Source: a virus (Duplodnaviria > Caudoviricetes). Taken from it: a DNA stretch of 64,000 nucleotides. Positions 18,601 to 28,651 of the stretch are shown here, one piece after another. The notes beneath the pieces were generated by a model. It worked only from the letters and a program-made list of their open reading frames with translations, did not search any database and was not told the DNA's origin. The position numbers were made by a program, and so were the translations under genes. The stretch is from IMG/VR virus record IMGVR_UViG_3300005973_000002; one strand, written 5' to 3'. Within the stretch, counting starts at the first letter, position 1. Every line of letters begins with the position of its first letter.

Positions 18601-19790
18601 ACGCAAAAACTAGATTGCTTAACGTTTACAACCAAAATACACTACAAGCGTTCTTGAGAGAGAATACATTAGATGATCTTGAAATTGTTCGCAACCCAGC
18701 CCAAGTTCGTGCAGCTGCGTTTGCAATTGAAAGTTTTGTGAACAGAACAAGGAATTTTGGTCGAGTTGGTCGAGCAAATTTCACCTATTTCTTGGATACA
18801 GAAATCATTCAACCACAAACCAGAACTGTTTTGTATTCTTATTTGTCGCAAAATGATTTCCTATTGCAAAATCAGGCCGACAAAAGAATTAAGCTTGTAT
18901 CTGTAGGTGTTCCTGCCGGGTTTTCAAGACAACTTTCGGATCGCATTCAGCAAAGTGCAATTAACGCAGACACATTCAAAACCAAACAAATAGATGTCGT
19001 ATCTGTCAATGTTTTTAAACGAGACCAACGTTTCGATGATATAATCTTTAAGCCACAGTCTTTCTTGTTTGATTTAAGTCTCTTTCAAGATGAAGACCGA
19101 ATTGATGCCACGCAACCAAGAGACAATGAATCCTATGACAGAATTGTCAATAGAATTTCCGCTAAAGATTACGAAAACATCAATAGTCCTAAAAAAGTTT
19201 CCTATCAAGACATTATAAACAATGACAAATATGACTTTTTAACAAATGAACAGAAAAGAAATCTAATAAGAAACATTACGTCCAGCAATTTAATTGAACT
19301 ATATCTCAGATTGTTAACTGGAATGAGAGTTGAAGAAAGCACTTTCGTCAAAAGAGAAATTAATCCAGGCACAGCTCTGGATGAAGAATTTACCAACATT
19401 GTCTTTACTTACATTAGAGATGTTTTGGATATAGACGTTCCTGAAAGACCGATTTTGGAACTTTTGGTGGACCCAGAAGTCGATGAAGAAGCCAAGGATA
19501 TTCTTAGACTGTTTATATTTGGTGATATTATTTTCGAACCAGAACGCTTGCGTAATCAAGTAACCAGTCCAAAACTTTTTGACAGAGTTTTCCACATTGC
19601 TCTGAATACCGAGGAATTTGAAATCGATGAAGAACTAACGAGGGAAACCGAAAGTGGGAAACTCGCACTTGAACAGTCATTTGTGCAAGAAAGGCTTGTT
19701 AGAATAGGCGACCGAGTTTTCTTTAGACCAAAACTCAGTAATGAACTTGTATTTGAAGATTATTTCGTAACCATAGAAAACGTAGTATGA
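15615..19790 (+). CDS. very large putative virion protein with Arg/Ser/Thr-rich N-terminus
   Basis: 1391-aa ORF within the structural block. Confidence 0.6.
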   Translation: MATRVRRLRRSANSSCKRLGGLSVQAVPVTSTQRRTVVTVNPSSNNRRRVGRSASGRVVIRTGGTTRRAKRRGTIQAITAVRSNSALAVRAAKPVLKVAATRVRVPLTTTITRIRVPLRVQIPTPRIRFQVPLIIRPPSQRYSEDTLDVSETKIQNDSFVPVEADGISSFVPEVLQITDFLPIWGKNVQNRRFFQDFNATGRLIDVQYNTLLLRRETINDLLTNMAESRRTNTQRRGRQGRSQRELNFQIDKFEQKILSELQRTGRTVNYYQQFIGAAEVFKTLLDLKNIPKASFDRQFLTLEDFFQRRMQYTSEQFKIFSDTKIIQQLLADFKEIAENYSTNLLGLIDTDRDTDDSPVLLDRTYTLNDGFTFTIDQIRSSDAAVNASERAFFNTFLNSLPSNSDDRIKLLITVLSKEYRVSRGLGVPSNQKQLSEIFASGDTGSPFDNIIGVVGDNIFESPLGPESLLSLTTLGIDENTSVLPFERKYVDTDDYKKTYVPGSSYFVDSLLNITNNDFNTTPFEEYANQFARKFSTANGVIYNLFSLGRESAISPSTMNDRFLASFRNSIENTTNIFSLNRDQAIVAAIFKLANNDNELKSKLFQFCLLVGLATNSSSDLKPIFRQLASELRTINNLSEVRVSPGSTPSLFGGLQTLRPFIERLAADIENRVLALTTPTPRFSLGLTLRANPQFTRLRTRTSQRTASVSAFSRLSVSALRNNQTTINIERFVIRRVLLSNIDPRSSSISNFIKEYVNIANDFAQAAAYNGETNYLLPDQTGRTRYNFISTSTQLLIVFEILSSYVAKYSFASFDRSPSIFNTLITIDGEKNDFVESVIDDMIGEKSVPVIVPADYATRLARTVPNIVYGRQATATTAIRQSTSAVNNLLRPTRITVRRSGASTRSSNPTSFAGGFLSRVRNSNERTLIQNNLGSAFLGNQSIRRIGLTRFTPLFFSKTSVNLRNALFAIRSKISTEDAIINNILNILQVVDRRVRNAKTRLLNVYNQNTLQAFLRENTLDDLEIVRNPAQVRAAAFAIESFVNRTRNFGRVGRANFTYFLDTEIIQPQTRTVLYSYLSQNDFLLQNQADKRIKLVSVGVPAGFSRQLSDRIQQSAINADTFKTKQIDVVSVNVFKRDQRFDDIIFKPQSFLFDLSLFQDEDRIDATQPRDNESYDRIVNRISAKDYENINSPKKVSYQDIINNDKYDFLTNEQKRNLIRNITSSNLIELYLRLLTGMRVEESTFVKREINPGTALDEEFTNIVFTYIRDVLDIDVPERPILELLVDPEVDEEAKDILRLFIFGDIIFEPERLRNQVTSPKLFDRVFHIALNTEEFEIDEELTRETESGKLALEQSFVQERLVRIGDRVFFRPKLSNELVFEDYFVTIENVV

Positions 19791-19799
19791 GGACCACCA

Positions 19800-21620
19800 A
19801 TGGCTGAATCCTTGCCATCAAAACGATTTGCAAACGTAGACGTACCAGAAGTAACTGAGTTTACTGCTAATTTCGATTACAACTTCTTTGTGCCAGACGA
19901 AAGAGAAAATGATTCAGGACTGGATTCGCCAAGATTTATTCAAAGAAGACCTGCCGATTCATTTGACAATTTCTTTATCGACTCTATTAATTTTCAACGC
20001 TTTGTACCAAGATTTGTGAGATTTGGTTGGAAACCAACTATAGATGAAGGTCGATCAGAATTTGTTAGCAATCCAGAAATCAATGCAATAAGCATTGGTG
20101 ACAATATAGACAAAATTCATAACGAACAAACATTTACAACCGACGATTTTACAAACATGTACTTCCAAAATAGCGATTCTGAAAAGAAACTTAATTTCTT
20201 TATTAAACGTATCTTGGAAGAAATACGTGAAGGGCAAGAGCCCGAGGAGGATGAATCTCCGCTTGATGTCATCAAATTTTTAACAAATAAATTTGGTCGA
20301 ACAAAAACTGGAAGTTCCATCGATCCCAGATTCCTCACAGAGGTCTTTCTTAATTTCACCAGAGAAGGATACCGTTTTCTTGACAGAGACGGCCAGCAGA
20401 TGCTTGTTGAATCTGTTTTAGATGAAATTTCAAATATTCGAGTCCGAACTCAAATTAATAATAAAGTTATTCAAAAAATGCTTAGGACTACATCTGAAAA
20501 CAGTCTTAACATTTACAATGATGAATCTTCTAGAATGCTTGAAAAGGCCAGGCAAATACAGGAAGAGGCTGTTGACGCCAAAAATTCTTCTCTTATTGAT
20601 GGCAGGGATTACGATTTTGAAGTTCTTGAATTCATCAATTTTAGAAAAGTAGATCCTAATGCTTTCGATTCTACAGTTCAAGTGATTGGGTACATAATTG
20701 ACAAATGGGAACTTAATGAAGAAGGAAATCTTCTTCCGATGGATCCTGTTGTTATTGAAAATCCAAGGGCTGACTCTGCTGTTGACTTACAAGTACGGTA
20801 TGGAACCAGGTATGTTTATTCAATTAGGTCAATTGCCTATGTTGAACTTCAAGTAGAAGACTCGGAAACAAACTCGGTCGTAGCATTGAGTTTTTTGGTT
20901 TCATCCAAACCAACAAAGCAAATCACAGTTCTAACAGAAGAATTTATTCCACCACCACCACCAGCAGACTTCAACGTTGATTGGTGCGTCATCAGTCAAG
21001 CTGCTAGGCTGATGTGGAATTTTCCTGTTAACACTCAGCGAGATATTAAACACTTCCAAGTTTTTAGGCGTTCATCAATCGACGAGCCTTTTCAATTAAT
21101 CAAAATGTTTAGTTTTGATAATAGCACAATCAAGACTCCATTTAATGAAACACCTGACCCTGAACTTGTTGAAAATCTGAGTTCACCCAGAAATTACTTT
21201 ATTGATAAAGAATTCACCAAGGATACTAGTTTCATTTATACTGTGGCCTGCTTAGATGCGCACGGATTTTCCTCCAACTACACAACGCAATTTCAAGTAT
21301 CATTCAATAGGTTTACCAATAAACTAGAAAAAAGATTGATATCCCTTCCAGGTGCTCCGAAACCTTATCCAAATGCATTCCTCGAAGAGGATACTTTTGT
21401 AGATACAATAAAGACATCAGGGCATAAAAAGGTAAAGGTGGTATTCAATCCTGAATTCTTAAAAGTTACCGATTCACAAAATAATGATTTACGCCTACTT
21501 AAAACGGACAATGGTTCAGAGTATCGATTACAGCTCATTAATATCGATATCCAAGACCAACAAGTAGTTAAGGTAAGACTGCAAGACAAAAGGACTACTT
21601 CACAAAAGAATAACGAGTAG
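19800..21620 (+). CDS. putative virion protein with fibronectin type III-like domain
   Basis: PPPPADF..W...LMWN...HFQVFR...YTVAC.D..GFSS is an FN3-like signature. Confidence 0.6.
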   Translation: MAESLPSKRFANVDVPEVTEFTANFDYNFFVPDERENDSGLDSPRFIQRRPADSFDNFFIDSINFQRFVPRFVRFGWKPTIDEGRSEFVSNPEINAISIGDNIDKIHNEQTFTTDDFTNMYFQNSDSEKKLNFFIKRILEEIREGQEPEEDESPLDVIKFLTNKFGRTKTGSSIDPRFLTEVFLNFTREGYRFLDRDGQQMLVESVLDEISNIRVRTQINNKVIQKMLRTTSENSLNIYNDESSRMLEKARQIQEEAVDAKNSSLIDGRDYDFEVLEFINFRKVDPNAFDSTVQVIGYIIDKWELNEEGNLLPMDPVVIENPRADSAVDLQVRYGTRYVYSIRSIAYVELQVEDSETNSVVALSFLVSSKPTKQITVLTEEFIPPPPPADFNVDWCVISQAARLMWNFPVNTQRDIKHFQVFRRSSIDEPFQLIKMFSFDNSTIKTPFNETPDPELVENLSSPRNYFIDKEFTKDTSFIYTVACLDAHGFSSNYTTQFQVSFNRFTNKLEKRLISLPGAPKPYPNAFLEEDTFVDTIKTSGHKKVKVVFNPEFLKVTDSQNNDLRLLKTDNGSEYRLQLINIDIQDQQVVKVRLQDKRTTSQKNNE

Positions 21621-21635
21621 TAAGAAGGTTTACAA

Positions 21636-22349
21636 ATGGGATTCCTGCAAGGAGACACAAACAATATTATTTTGGACGCCGTTTTGACAGACAAGGGAAG
21701 AGAATTCCTTTCTAGAAACGATGGCAGCTTTTCTATCGTTAAGTTTGCACCAGGCGACGATGAAATCGATTATACTATCATTCAGAAGTTTGGACGAACC
21801 GTTGGCAAAGAAAAGATCGAAAAGAATACTCCAGTATTCGAAGCACTTACAAACCAAAGCCTCGCTCAAAAGTATCGCCTTGTTTCTGTTTCAAACCCTA
21901 GTCTCATCAGGCTGCCCACTCTTGGCTTTAGTGGTGAAGGGGTTGACGCTGTTAACAACATTATATCAATTGGTAACACTACCCAGAAACAAAGAACTCT
22001 CACCATTTCTCAAACTATTCAGGATGAAACTTCTATTGATGTTGAACTTAGAGACCAAGCATTCATCGTTGAGATGAACAACCAGTTCATTCAGATTGTC
22101 GGTTCGTCTCCTGACGATATTGATGGTCAGCAACGTGCAACATACATCCTCACCAGAGATGCTGGCGAAACTTCTGTTGGTGGTTCACGCCTCACTTTTA
22201 CCATCGCAACAAAGGCTATCACCGAATCACAATTCCAAATCTTCGGTGCAACATTCAACAAGAGCCTTATTAGCACGTTTGTGAAAATCTCAGGCGTTCA
22301 ATCTGGCGCCGTTCTTGAGTTTGAAGTACAGATCAACAAGAACACATAA
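21636..22349 (+). CDS. conserved large-phage structural (tail/baseplate-region) protein
   Basis: MGFL...IILDAVLTDKGREFL...FSIVKFA.GDDEIDY is an N-terminal pattern recalled from large-phage virion genes. Confidence 0.6.
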   Translation: MGFLQGDTNNIILDAVLTDKGREFLSRNDGSFSIVKFAPGDDEIDYTIIQKFGRTVGKEKIEKNTPVFEALTNQSLAQKYRLVSVSNPSLIRLPTLGFSGEGVDAVNNIISIGNTTQKQRTLTISQTIQDETSIDVELRDQAFIVEMNNQFIQIVGSSPDDIDGQQRATYILTRDAGETSVGGSRLTFTIATKAITESQFQIFGATFNKSLISTFVKISGVQSGAVLEFEVQINKNT

Positions 22350-22366
22350 TTTAGGAATAAAGAATC

Positions 22367-23536
22367 ATGGCAACCTTTAAAGAATTCGCAGCAGAAGATA
22401 TCAAGACCTCTAGGTCTTTCCTTAATCAGTTGGTGGATATCATCAACACTGACATTTCCTCGCCTTCAACCAGACGTACTTATCAAGTATTCGTAACTGG
22501 TGGAGTTGGACCAGGTGTTACTAGTTCTTTATTCCAAACGGTATATGACCAGGACTTCACCTTGCAGACTGCTAACCCTGTTTTCGATATGACTTTTGGC
22601 CTTTCTACGGGTTCGGAGGTTGTTAGCAAGGCAGGTTTTACTATTGACGCCAATGGCAAGTATCTTTTCCCAACAGAAACTGTTATGATGAGGGAAAAAA
22701 TTGATATCTATCGGCTTATGGCCCAGAGCCTTTTAGGTGATGCTAATGCTATCTTCACAACACAGTCCGGTTCCAACGCATTCAACATCAACGAAGCAAT
22801 GTTTATTTGTTTTAAACGACTGTTTTCTCGTGACCAAATTAAAAGAGAGACATTCGCTATCAAATATTTTCCAACAGCTTCAGCCGTAGAGGGGGCCACT
22901 GGTCCAAATATTAATAAGGCACCAGATTCAACTACTAAGATTCTTACTGATATTAATTCAACTGTAAATAAACAATTTACTTTTGGTGGACAAGTTTCAA
23001 CTATAGTTGATTCAGCCAACACAAACAATCCTCTTGGATTGCTGTTTATAGACAAGGGTGTTTTGGTTCTTGATTTGTCAAGAAGTTTCGATCAGTCGGT
23101 AAAAATTACTGGCTCTATTGATGCGGTTACTACGACTGGTTTAACCAATGTAAGCGCCACTCTTGATTTCTTCATGATGTCAGCTTCCATTGATGATTTT
23201 ATTGACCACATGGCGAGCACCCGCTTCCTTTCGGGAACCGCAGACCAAACTGCAATCACGTTCCAAAATATTACCAACATTAATAGTTCACTACTGTTTG
23301 CAAGACTAGCAGCTGATGAATTCAATTACTCTTCAAACCCAACATATCTTGATTCAGATGGTCGAATTGTGGTCATCGACGAAGGCCAAGAAGAAACTCA
23401 GAGAAGTTTTACGTTTGTTACGAGCGTTGGTTTATATGATGCTTTTGATAATTTATTAGCTGTTGCTAAACTTAGTCGTCCTGTTTTAAAGGACGACGAA
23501 CGTGATATTACTTTTAAAGTAAGATTAGATTATTAG
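22367..23536 (+). CDS. putative baseplate/tail-collar-type structural protein
   Basis: C-terminal TSVGLYD..DNLLAVAKLSRPV.K...FKVRLDY, similar to tail-collar domains. Confidence 0.6.
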   Translation: MATFKEFAAEDIKTSRSFLNQLVDIINTDISSPSTRRTYQVFVTGGVGPGVTSSLFQTVYDQDFTLQTANPVFDMTFGLSTGSEVVSKAGFTIDANGKYLFPTETVMMREKIDIYRLMAQSLLGDANAIFTTQSGSNAFNINEAMFICFKRLFSRDQIKRETFAIKYFPTASAVEGATGPNINKAPDSTTKILTDINSTVNKQFTFGGQVSTIVDSANTNNPLGLLFIDKGVLVLDLSRSFDQSVKITGSIDAVTTTGLTNVSATLDFFMMSASIDDFIDHMASTRFLSGTADQTAITFQNITNINSSLLFARLAADEFNYSSNPTYLDSDGRIVVIDEGQEETQRSFTFVTSVGLYDAFDNLLAVAKLSRPVLKDDERDITFKVRLDY

Positions 23537-23599
23537 CGGTAACTAAACTATACAGCCCTATAGAACCTTGCTATACTATTTAGTATCTGGCGAGGTTTT

Positions 23600-25453
23600 A
23601 TGATTAAAAGACTAACATTCGAAGATATTAAAAAACGATTTATTGATCAAGGTCGAACGGACATAGAAATTTGTGAAGATGACTTTCAAGGTTGGAAGAA
23701 GAAATCCAAGTTTTTTGATAAAGTCCAAGGTGAATATTTTTGGTCTATTCCGTATAGGGTTTGGAAAGAAGAGATAGTTCATCCAAAAAGAGTCGCAAAA
23801 AAAAGAGAAGAAACTCTTCTAAAAAGATATGGTGTCAAACACCAATCACAACTCAAAGAAGTTAAAGACAAAATAAGCAAATCTCATTTGGAAAATTTTG
23901 CGGATCCAGAAAAGGCAGAAGAAATTATAAAGAAGAGAAGGGAAGGTTGTATTAAAAAATACGGCGTTGACAATGCCTCGAAAGCCGAAGAAGTTAGGGA
24001 GAAAGTCGTAAAGACAAATTTAAAACGATATGGTGCGCCTGTTCCAGCACAATCAAAAGATGTTCAGGAAAAAATTAAAAAAACTAATATTGAAAAATAT
24101 GGTGTAAACAATGTCATGAAGTCTCCCGAAATTCAAGCCAGATTGAAAAAAACAGTAAATCAAAAATATGGGGTTGAATGCATCGGAGCCTCAGAAGTCG
24201 TACGGGAAAAAATTCAGCACTCATTTCAAAAAAAATACGGCGTTAACCATCCTTCAAACCTACAGGAGATTAGAGACAAAATAAGTAAATCACATTTGGC
24301 TAATTTTGCGGATCCTCAGAAAGCTAAGGCTATTAAAGAAAAACGAAAAAAGACATGCAACAAACGTTATGGCGCCAAGTCTCCTTTGGAAGCAAAAGTT
24401 GTAAAGACGAAAATTAAAAAAACACTTGTGAGTAGATATGGTTCAGTAAACCCATCAGAAAATTTGATTAAATATCGGGTTAAAGAAACAAACGAGTCTG
24501 TTGTTTCGTGGTTGGGAAGACAGACGGAGCCAAAGCCATCAAAACTTACTTTGCAAAGATACTGTCAATCATACAAAGATCAGACTTATTTTCAAGAAGC
24601 AGACTTGTTTGATATAGTACATTCTTGGAAGGAGCAACAAACAATGCTTGAAATTGCATGTGAGAAATTATTTAAGACAGCTCATTTCAATGAAAAACCA
24701 AAGCAAATCGGTAAATATTATCGACCAGATTTTAAGTTATCATCCCAAATTTTTCTTAATGTAGATGGTTTGTATTGGCATTCTGATCAACAAAAGAATA
24801 AACGTTATCATTTTAACCTAAGAAAAGAATTTGAAGAACACAATCTCAGGATTTTTCAATTTAGAGAAGATGAGTTAAGAGATAAACCTTTGATTATTAA
24901 ATCTATTATCAACAACTCTCTTGGAAAAACCAAAAACAAGGTCTTTGCACGAAAGTGTAAAGTCCAAATTGTTAAACAGGCAGAAGCTACAGATTTTCTT
25001 AAAGAAAATCATTTGATGGGTTACACAAACGCAAAGCATTTGGGGCTTTATCATGACAACAAGCTTGTCTGCTTGTTGTCTTATAAGCAAAGAAAACATG
25101 TTTGCAAAATTGAAAGATTTTGCTCTATCTTGGACACCAACGTAGTTGGTGGATTTTCTAAATTGTTGTCTCACTTAGAGAAAAACTATCTAAAGCCAGA
25201 AATAACGGAAATCCACAATTGGGTAGACCTACGTTATGGCACAGGTAAGCACTTACTTGATAAGAAATTCGTCGCCAAAAAAGAAACCTTGGGTTGGAAG
25301 TGGACGGATTTTAATCAAACTTACAACAGATTAAAGTGCAAAGCAAATATGGACAACAGGAACCTAACTCAACAACAACATGCAGATGAGTTAGGTTGGT
25401 TTAAAATTTACGACGCAGGCCAGCGACTTTATGTGAAAACTAAACTTAATTAG
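23600..25453 (+). CDS. Hef-like homing endonuclease (KYGV repeats + PD-(D/E)XK/Vsr-like + GNAT-like domain)
   Basis: Many K[YR]G[VA] repeats; RPDFK...NVDGLYWH; FLKENHLMG...IERFC...VVGGFSKLL...DLRYG. Confidence 0.75.
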   Translation: MIKRLTFEDIKKRFIDQGRTDIEICEDDFQGWKKKSKFFDKVQGEYFWSIPYRVWKEEIVHPKRVAKKREETLLKRYGVKHQSQLKEVKDKISKSHLENFADPEKAEEIIKKRREGCIKKYGVDNASKAEEVREKVVKTNLKRYGAPVPAQSKDVQEKIKKTNIEKYGVNNVMKSPEIQARLKKTVNQKYGVECIGASEVVREKIQHSFQKKYGVNHPSNLQEIRDKISKSHLANFADPQKAKAIKEKRKKTCNKRYGAKSPLEAKVVKTKIKKTLVSRYGSVNPSENLIKYRVKETNESVVSWLGRQTEPKPSKLTLQRYCQSYKDQTYFQEADLFDIVHSWKEQQTMLEIACEKLFKTAHFNEKPKQIGKYYRPDFKLSSQIFLNVDGLYWHSDQQKNKRYHFNLRKEFEEHNLRIFQFREDELRDKPLIIKSIINNSLGKTKNKVFARKCKVQIVKQAEATDFLKENHLMGYTNAKHLGLYHDNKLVCLLSYKQRKHVCKIERFCSILDTNVVGGFSKLLSHLEKNYLKPEITEIHNWVDLRYGTGKHLLDKKFVAKKETLGWKWTDFNQTYNRLKCKANMDNRNLTQQQHADELGWFKIYDAGQRLYVKTKLN

Positions 25454-25479
25454 TCAAATGTCATAACATATCTAATGTT

Positions 25480-25800
25480 ATGGTTTCAATAAGAAGAGTG
25501 AGAGGTCAACCCAAACTTAAAAAAGAAAAGTGCGAAATTTGCGGTCTAAAAGAGCCCGGTGCACTTGAAGAACATCATATTATTCCACGGAATGATCCAA
25601 GAAGTCATAACAACAATGGTAACTTGGCAATTCTTTGCGGTTCATGCCATAATTTGATTCACTCAGGCGAAATTATTGTTCTAGGTGTCTATAAAAGCAC
25701 AGGTGGGCGCATTGTTATGCATCATCGCAAAGACGAATTACCACCTTTGGAAGAACAGTTTTGGCTAATAAAAAATAACAAAAAAGTTAAGACTCGTTGA
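25480..25800 (+). CDS. HNH endonuclease
   Basis: CEICG, EHHIIP, NLAILCGSCHNLIH. Confidence 0.85.
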   Translation: MVSIRRVRGQPKLKKEKCEICGLKEPGALEEHHIIPRNDPRSHNNNGNLAILCGSCHNLIHSGEIIVLGVYKSTGGRIVMHHRKDELPPLEEQFWLIKNNKKVKTR

Positions 25801-25858
25801 ACGCACTGTGAGACGAATGCATAAATTATGCATTGTTCTACTTACATTAGGAAAGTAA

Positions 25859-28195
25859 ATGATTACACGACTCACGCCAGACAACTTCGAGTTTTTTACT
25901 TTGGTAACCAACCCAGAAAGAACCTTTGTATCAAGCTCTACAGGGCTTACAGGAGTCGTTAATGTTTTCCCTAGACGCTCTGACTTTGAAAAAGAAGTTC
26001 AGCCCCTGTCGCTTTTTAGTGAATCTTTTTACAGAGATGAAAATCTTGATGAGCTTAGAACAATTGCGGTAAATTCAACCCAATCAAATATAAGAGCAAA
26101 CGTAGAAGCTTACATTAATGGAGTAAATAATCAACAACCTTCTGTAAGGAAAAGGCAAACTCAAGAAGTAATTCGATTTACCCCAAGTTTTAGATTTACT
26201 TCTAACACTCTTAGAAAGAATGTAGTTAGGCAAACGCTTATGCCGTACTACAGAACAGTGTATCCAAGAGCACAGTTCAACTATGCAAACTATCATTGTT
26301 TGAATTTCTTTTCAAGCAGCCAAAACCCTACTGGCTCTGCCATTCTTTACCCAAACTCAGCTTCAATTACAAGCTTCGTTTCACAGTCGGCTTACGAACT
26401 TTCTGGGGCGTTTTCTTTCGACTTCTGGATGAAGCCAAGATATGTACAAGATTCACCCGAACTTGATTACAAGCCTGGGACTTTGATGCAACTCAGCGGT
26501 GCCTATGCTATTTCGCTTCACACTGGTTCAAGAAAAGACATAAATGGATTCCCGTCTGGGTTTAGAGTAGCTCTTGCGCTTTCTTCGTCGGCAAATATCC
26601 CCCCGAGTCAGCTTACTACTAGTGATCCGTATACGTTCTGGACAGCAGACAATGCACTTGACAGAAACAGGTGGCATCACATCACCTTTAGATGGGGAGG
26701 AGAAAACTACAACTTTGGTTCTGGTTCCATAATAGTAGATGGCCAAACTAGCACGACATTTACAATTACTGAATCTTTATTGCTTGGACGTAGAGACCCA
26801 GGGCCTGGCGACCCATCAGTTCTGGTGGTTGGAAACTATTATGAAGGTAGCAACACCAGTCTGGACGCAATGGATCGTTTCTTTGCATCCGATACAGCAA
26901 CTCGTGAGGGGTTGATTGAATTAAACGGGACACCTGGTGTATTTGGTCCAACAAACTTTGATTTCACCCACCCATTAAATTCCGAGGTTCATGACATCAA
27001 ATTCTATGATAAGTACCTGACTCTTGATGAAATAGGCGAACTTAGCGGCTCTGGACCACGATCCCTGAGCAATCTGAAATTCTATCTTCCACCATTTTTT
27101 ACTCACGAAAGCCCATTCAGAAGATTTTTGAATGGGTTTGGTGGAATATTAGTTACACCTTTCTTTACTCGTGATGGTGAAACTTTTACACCGTTTGCGG
27201 CTGAAATGGCATTCGGTGCTGGAGGTCACTATATCAATTTGGAAAACTATGTTCGTGATTTTGCTACCGGTAACTTCCCAAGACTTTGGGAGTTGACTGG
27301 TTCTACCTTTGAGCCACCTCCTACGACAGAACTTAGCGCCAATGCGTTTCTATACGGAACCGGTTCTGTTCGCCAGCGATTGTTTACAGTGTGGCCCTGT
27401 GACAATGGCAAATTCTTACCTAACTTTGATCTACTTGCCCCACTGTCAGGAACAAATTTCGTTGATGACCTGGGCGCAAGAGAATTAGGTGTTGTTACTC
27501 TAAACAACATCATTACCGAAAGTCTGAAAACCAGGGGAATAGTGACCTCAGGCTCATTACTTGATGATCTTCTGGGCACTCAGCCAGAATCCGGAAGTAT
27601 TACCGCACTTCCAGGCGATAGTTTGGCTGTTCTGCACCGCACAAGCGATCCATCATCTAACCAGGTTGTTTTCTTCGATATTTCGAATCTTTACTACGGC
27701 AATCGAATCAAGCCAGGTTCATTCAAACTTGTTGATACTGCACTTACCTATTCTGGTGGCAAAGTTGGCATCACTCTCAGAGATGACTCACGTGGAAACC
27801 TTTATAGGGCAGATGTAAGTGGTTCACACGCAACTTGGGCTTCTGTTGGAAACATCTTTTACGATGAAGGCATTGTGCTTGTAAAGCATCCACAATTGTT
27901 CTTTTTGGGCGAGCGTGAATATGAAGTCTCCTTCAGAGGAGAACAGAATGTGCATGTACTAACAATTAATGCTTTTGCAAAAGCATTGAAAGAAACATCA
28001 TCTTCAAATCCTTCATATATGCCATTCAATACAACTGGGTCGTTGGCAAACGTAACGGATCCGAAATCGGTATGGATTACTGGTATCAACATTCATGATG
28101 ACAACCTGAACGTCATCGCAAGAACAAATTTTGCGCAGCCTATTCTCAAGAGATCGGGTGACAAATTCTTGTTCAAATTTAAGTTGGACTTCTAA
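25859..28195 (+). CDS. virion protein with LamG/concanavalin-like domain and tail-collar-type C-terminus
   Basis: FSFDFWMKP, WHHITFRW, LVVGNY, IHDIKFYD (LamG-like); C-terminus parallels that of 22367..23536. Confidence 0.65.
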   Translation: MITRLTPDNFEFFTLVTNPERTFVSSSTGLTGVVNVFPRRSDFEKEVQPLSLFSESFYRDENLDELRTIAVNSTQSNIRANVEAYINGVNNQQPSVRKRQTQEVIRFTPSFRFTSNTLRKNVVRQTLMPYYRTVYPRAQFNYANYHCLNFFSSSQNPTGSAILYPNSASITSFVSQSAYELSGAFSFDFWMKPRYVQDSPELDYKPGTLMQLSGAYAISLHTGSRKDINGFPSGFRVALALSSSANIPPSQLTTSDPYTFWTADNALDRNRWHHITFRWGGENYNFGSGSIIVDGQTSTTFTITESLLLGRRDPGPGDPSVLVVGNYYEGSNTSLDAMDRFFASDTATREGLIELNGTPGVFGPTNFDFTHPLNSEVHDIKFYDKYLTLDEIGELSGSGPRSLSNLKFYLPPFFTHESPFRRFLNGFGGILVTPFFTRDGETFTPFAAEMAFGAGGHYINLENYVRDFATGNFPRLWELTGSTFEPPPTTELSANAFLYGTGSVRQRLFTVWPCDNGKFLPNFDLLAPLSGTNFVDDLGARELGVVTLNNIITESLKTRGIVTSGSLLDDLLGTQPESGSITALPGDSLAVLHRTSDPSSNQVVFFDISNLYYGNRIKPGSFKLVDTALTYSGGKVGITLRDDSRGNLYRADVSGSHATWASVGNIFYDEGIVLVKHPQLFFLGEREYEVSFRGEQNVHVLTINAFAKALKETSSSNPSYMPFNTTGSLANVTDPKSVWITGINIHDDNLNVIARTNFAQPILKRSGDKFLFKFKLDF

Positions 28196-28563
28196 TCTTC
28201 AAGCTTGTCGATTACCACCTCGTTAAAATCCTTGATGCGTTGACAATCAACCGGATCGCCTTCTGGCGTAACGATACATCCGTTCAACGTAGAAACAAGT
28301 CCATTCAGAATTGATGACATGATAACATTGTCTTTCACCATATCAGGATCATCCAAGAACTGCTTGAGGGTCATTGCATAATATGCGGCGTTGTCGCCAC
28401 GAATGAATACACCTGGCCAATCATCACCAAAAGCCATAGGTCCGGTCTCTGCTCGTCTGTGTTTTTTACTCATTTCTGTTTTGTTTTGTTCCATGTCCTG
28501 ATACCCATGTATGTCAACACAACCATCAGTATAGGCCAAGGCAGCAAAGCAATTAAACCCCAT
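28192..28563 (-). CDS. hypothetical protein
   Basis: TGPMAFGDDWPGVFIRGDNA; true start probably at an internal Met. Confidence 0.6.
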   Translation of the reverse strand: MGFNCFAALAYTDGCVDIHGYQDMEQNKTEMSKKHRRAETGPMAFGDDWPGVFIRGDNAAYYAMTLKQFLDDPDMVKDNVIMSSILNGLVSTLNGCIVTPEGDPVDCQRIKDFNEVVIDKLED

Positions 28564-28651
28564 TTGGTTAAAGCTGCCTTGCTCAAGAAAACTTTGCTAA
28601 ACAGCTTAACCTTAATATTCACAACTGTTAATTAGTTTGCGTCATCAATCA

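Noticed and set aside
23860-24320. DNA-level direct repeat as a mobile or regulatory element
   Set aside because: Explained by in-frame protein repeats of the Hef-like endonuclease
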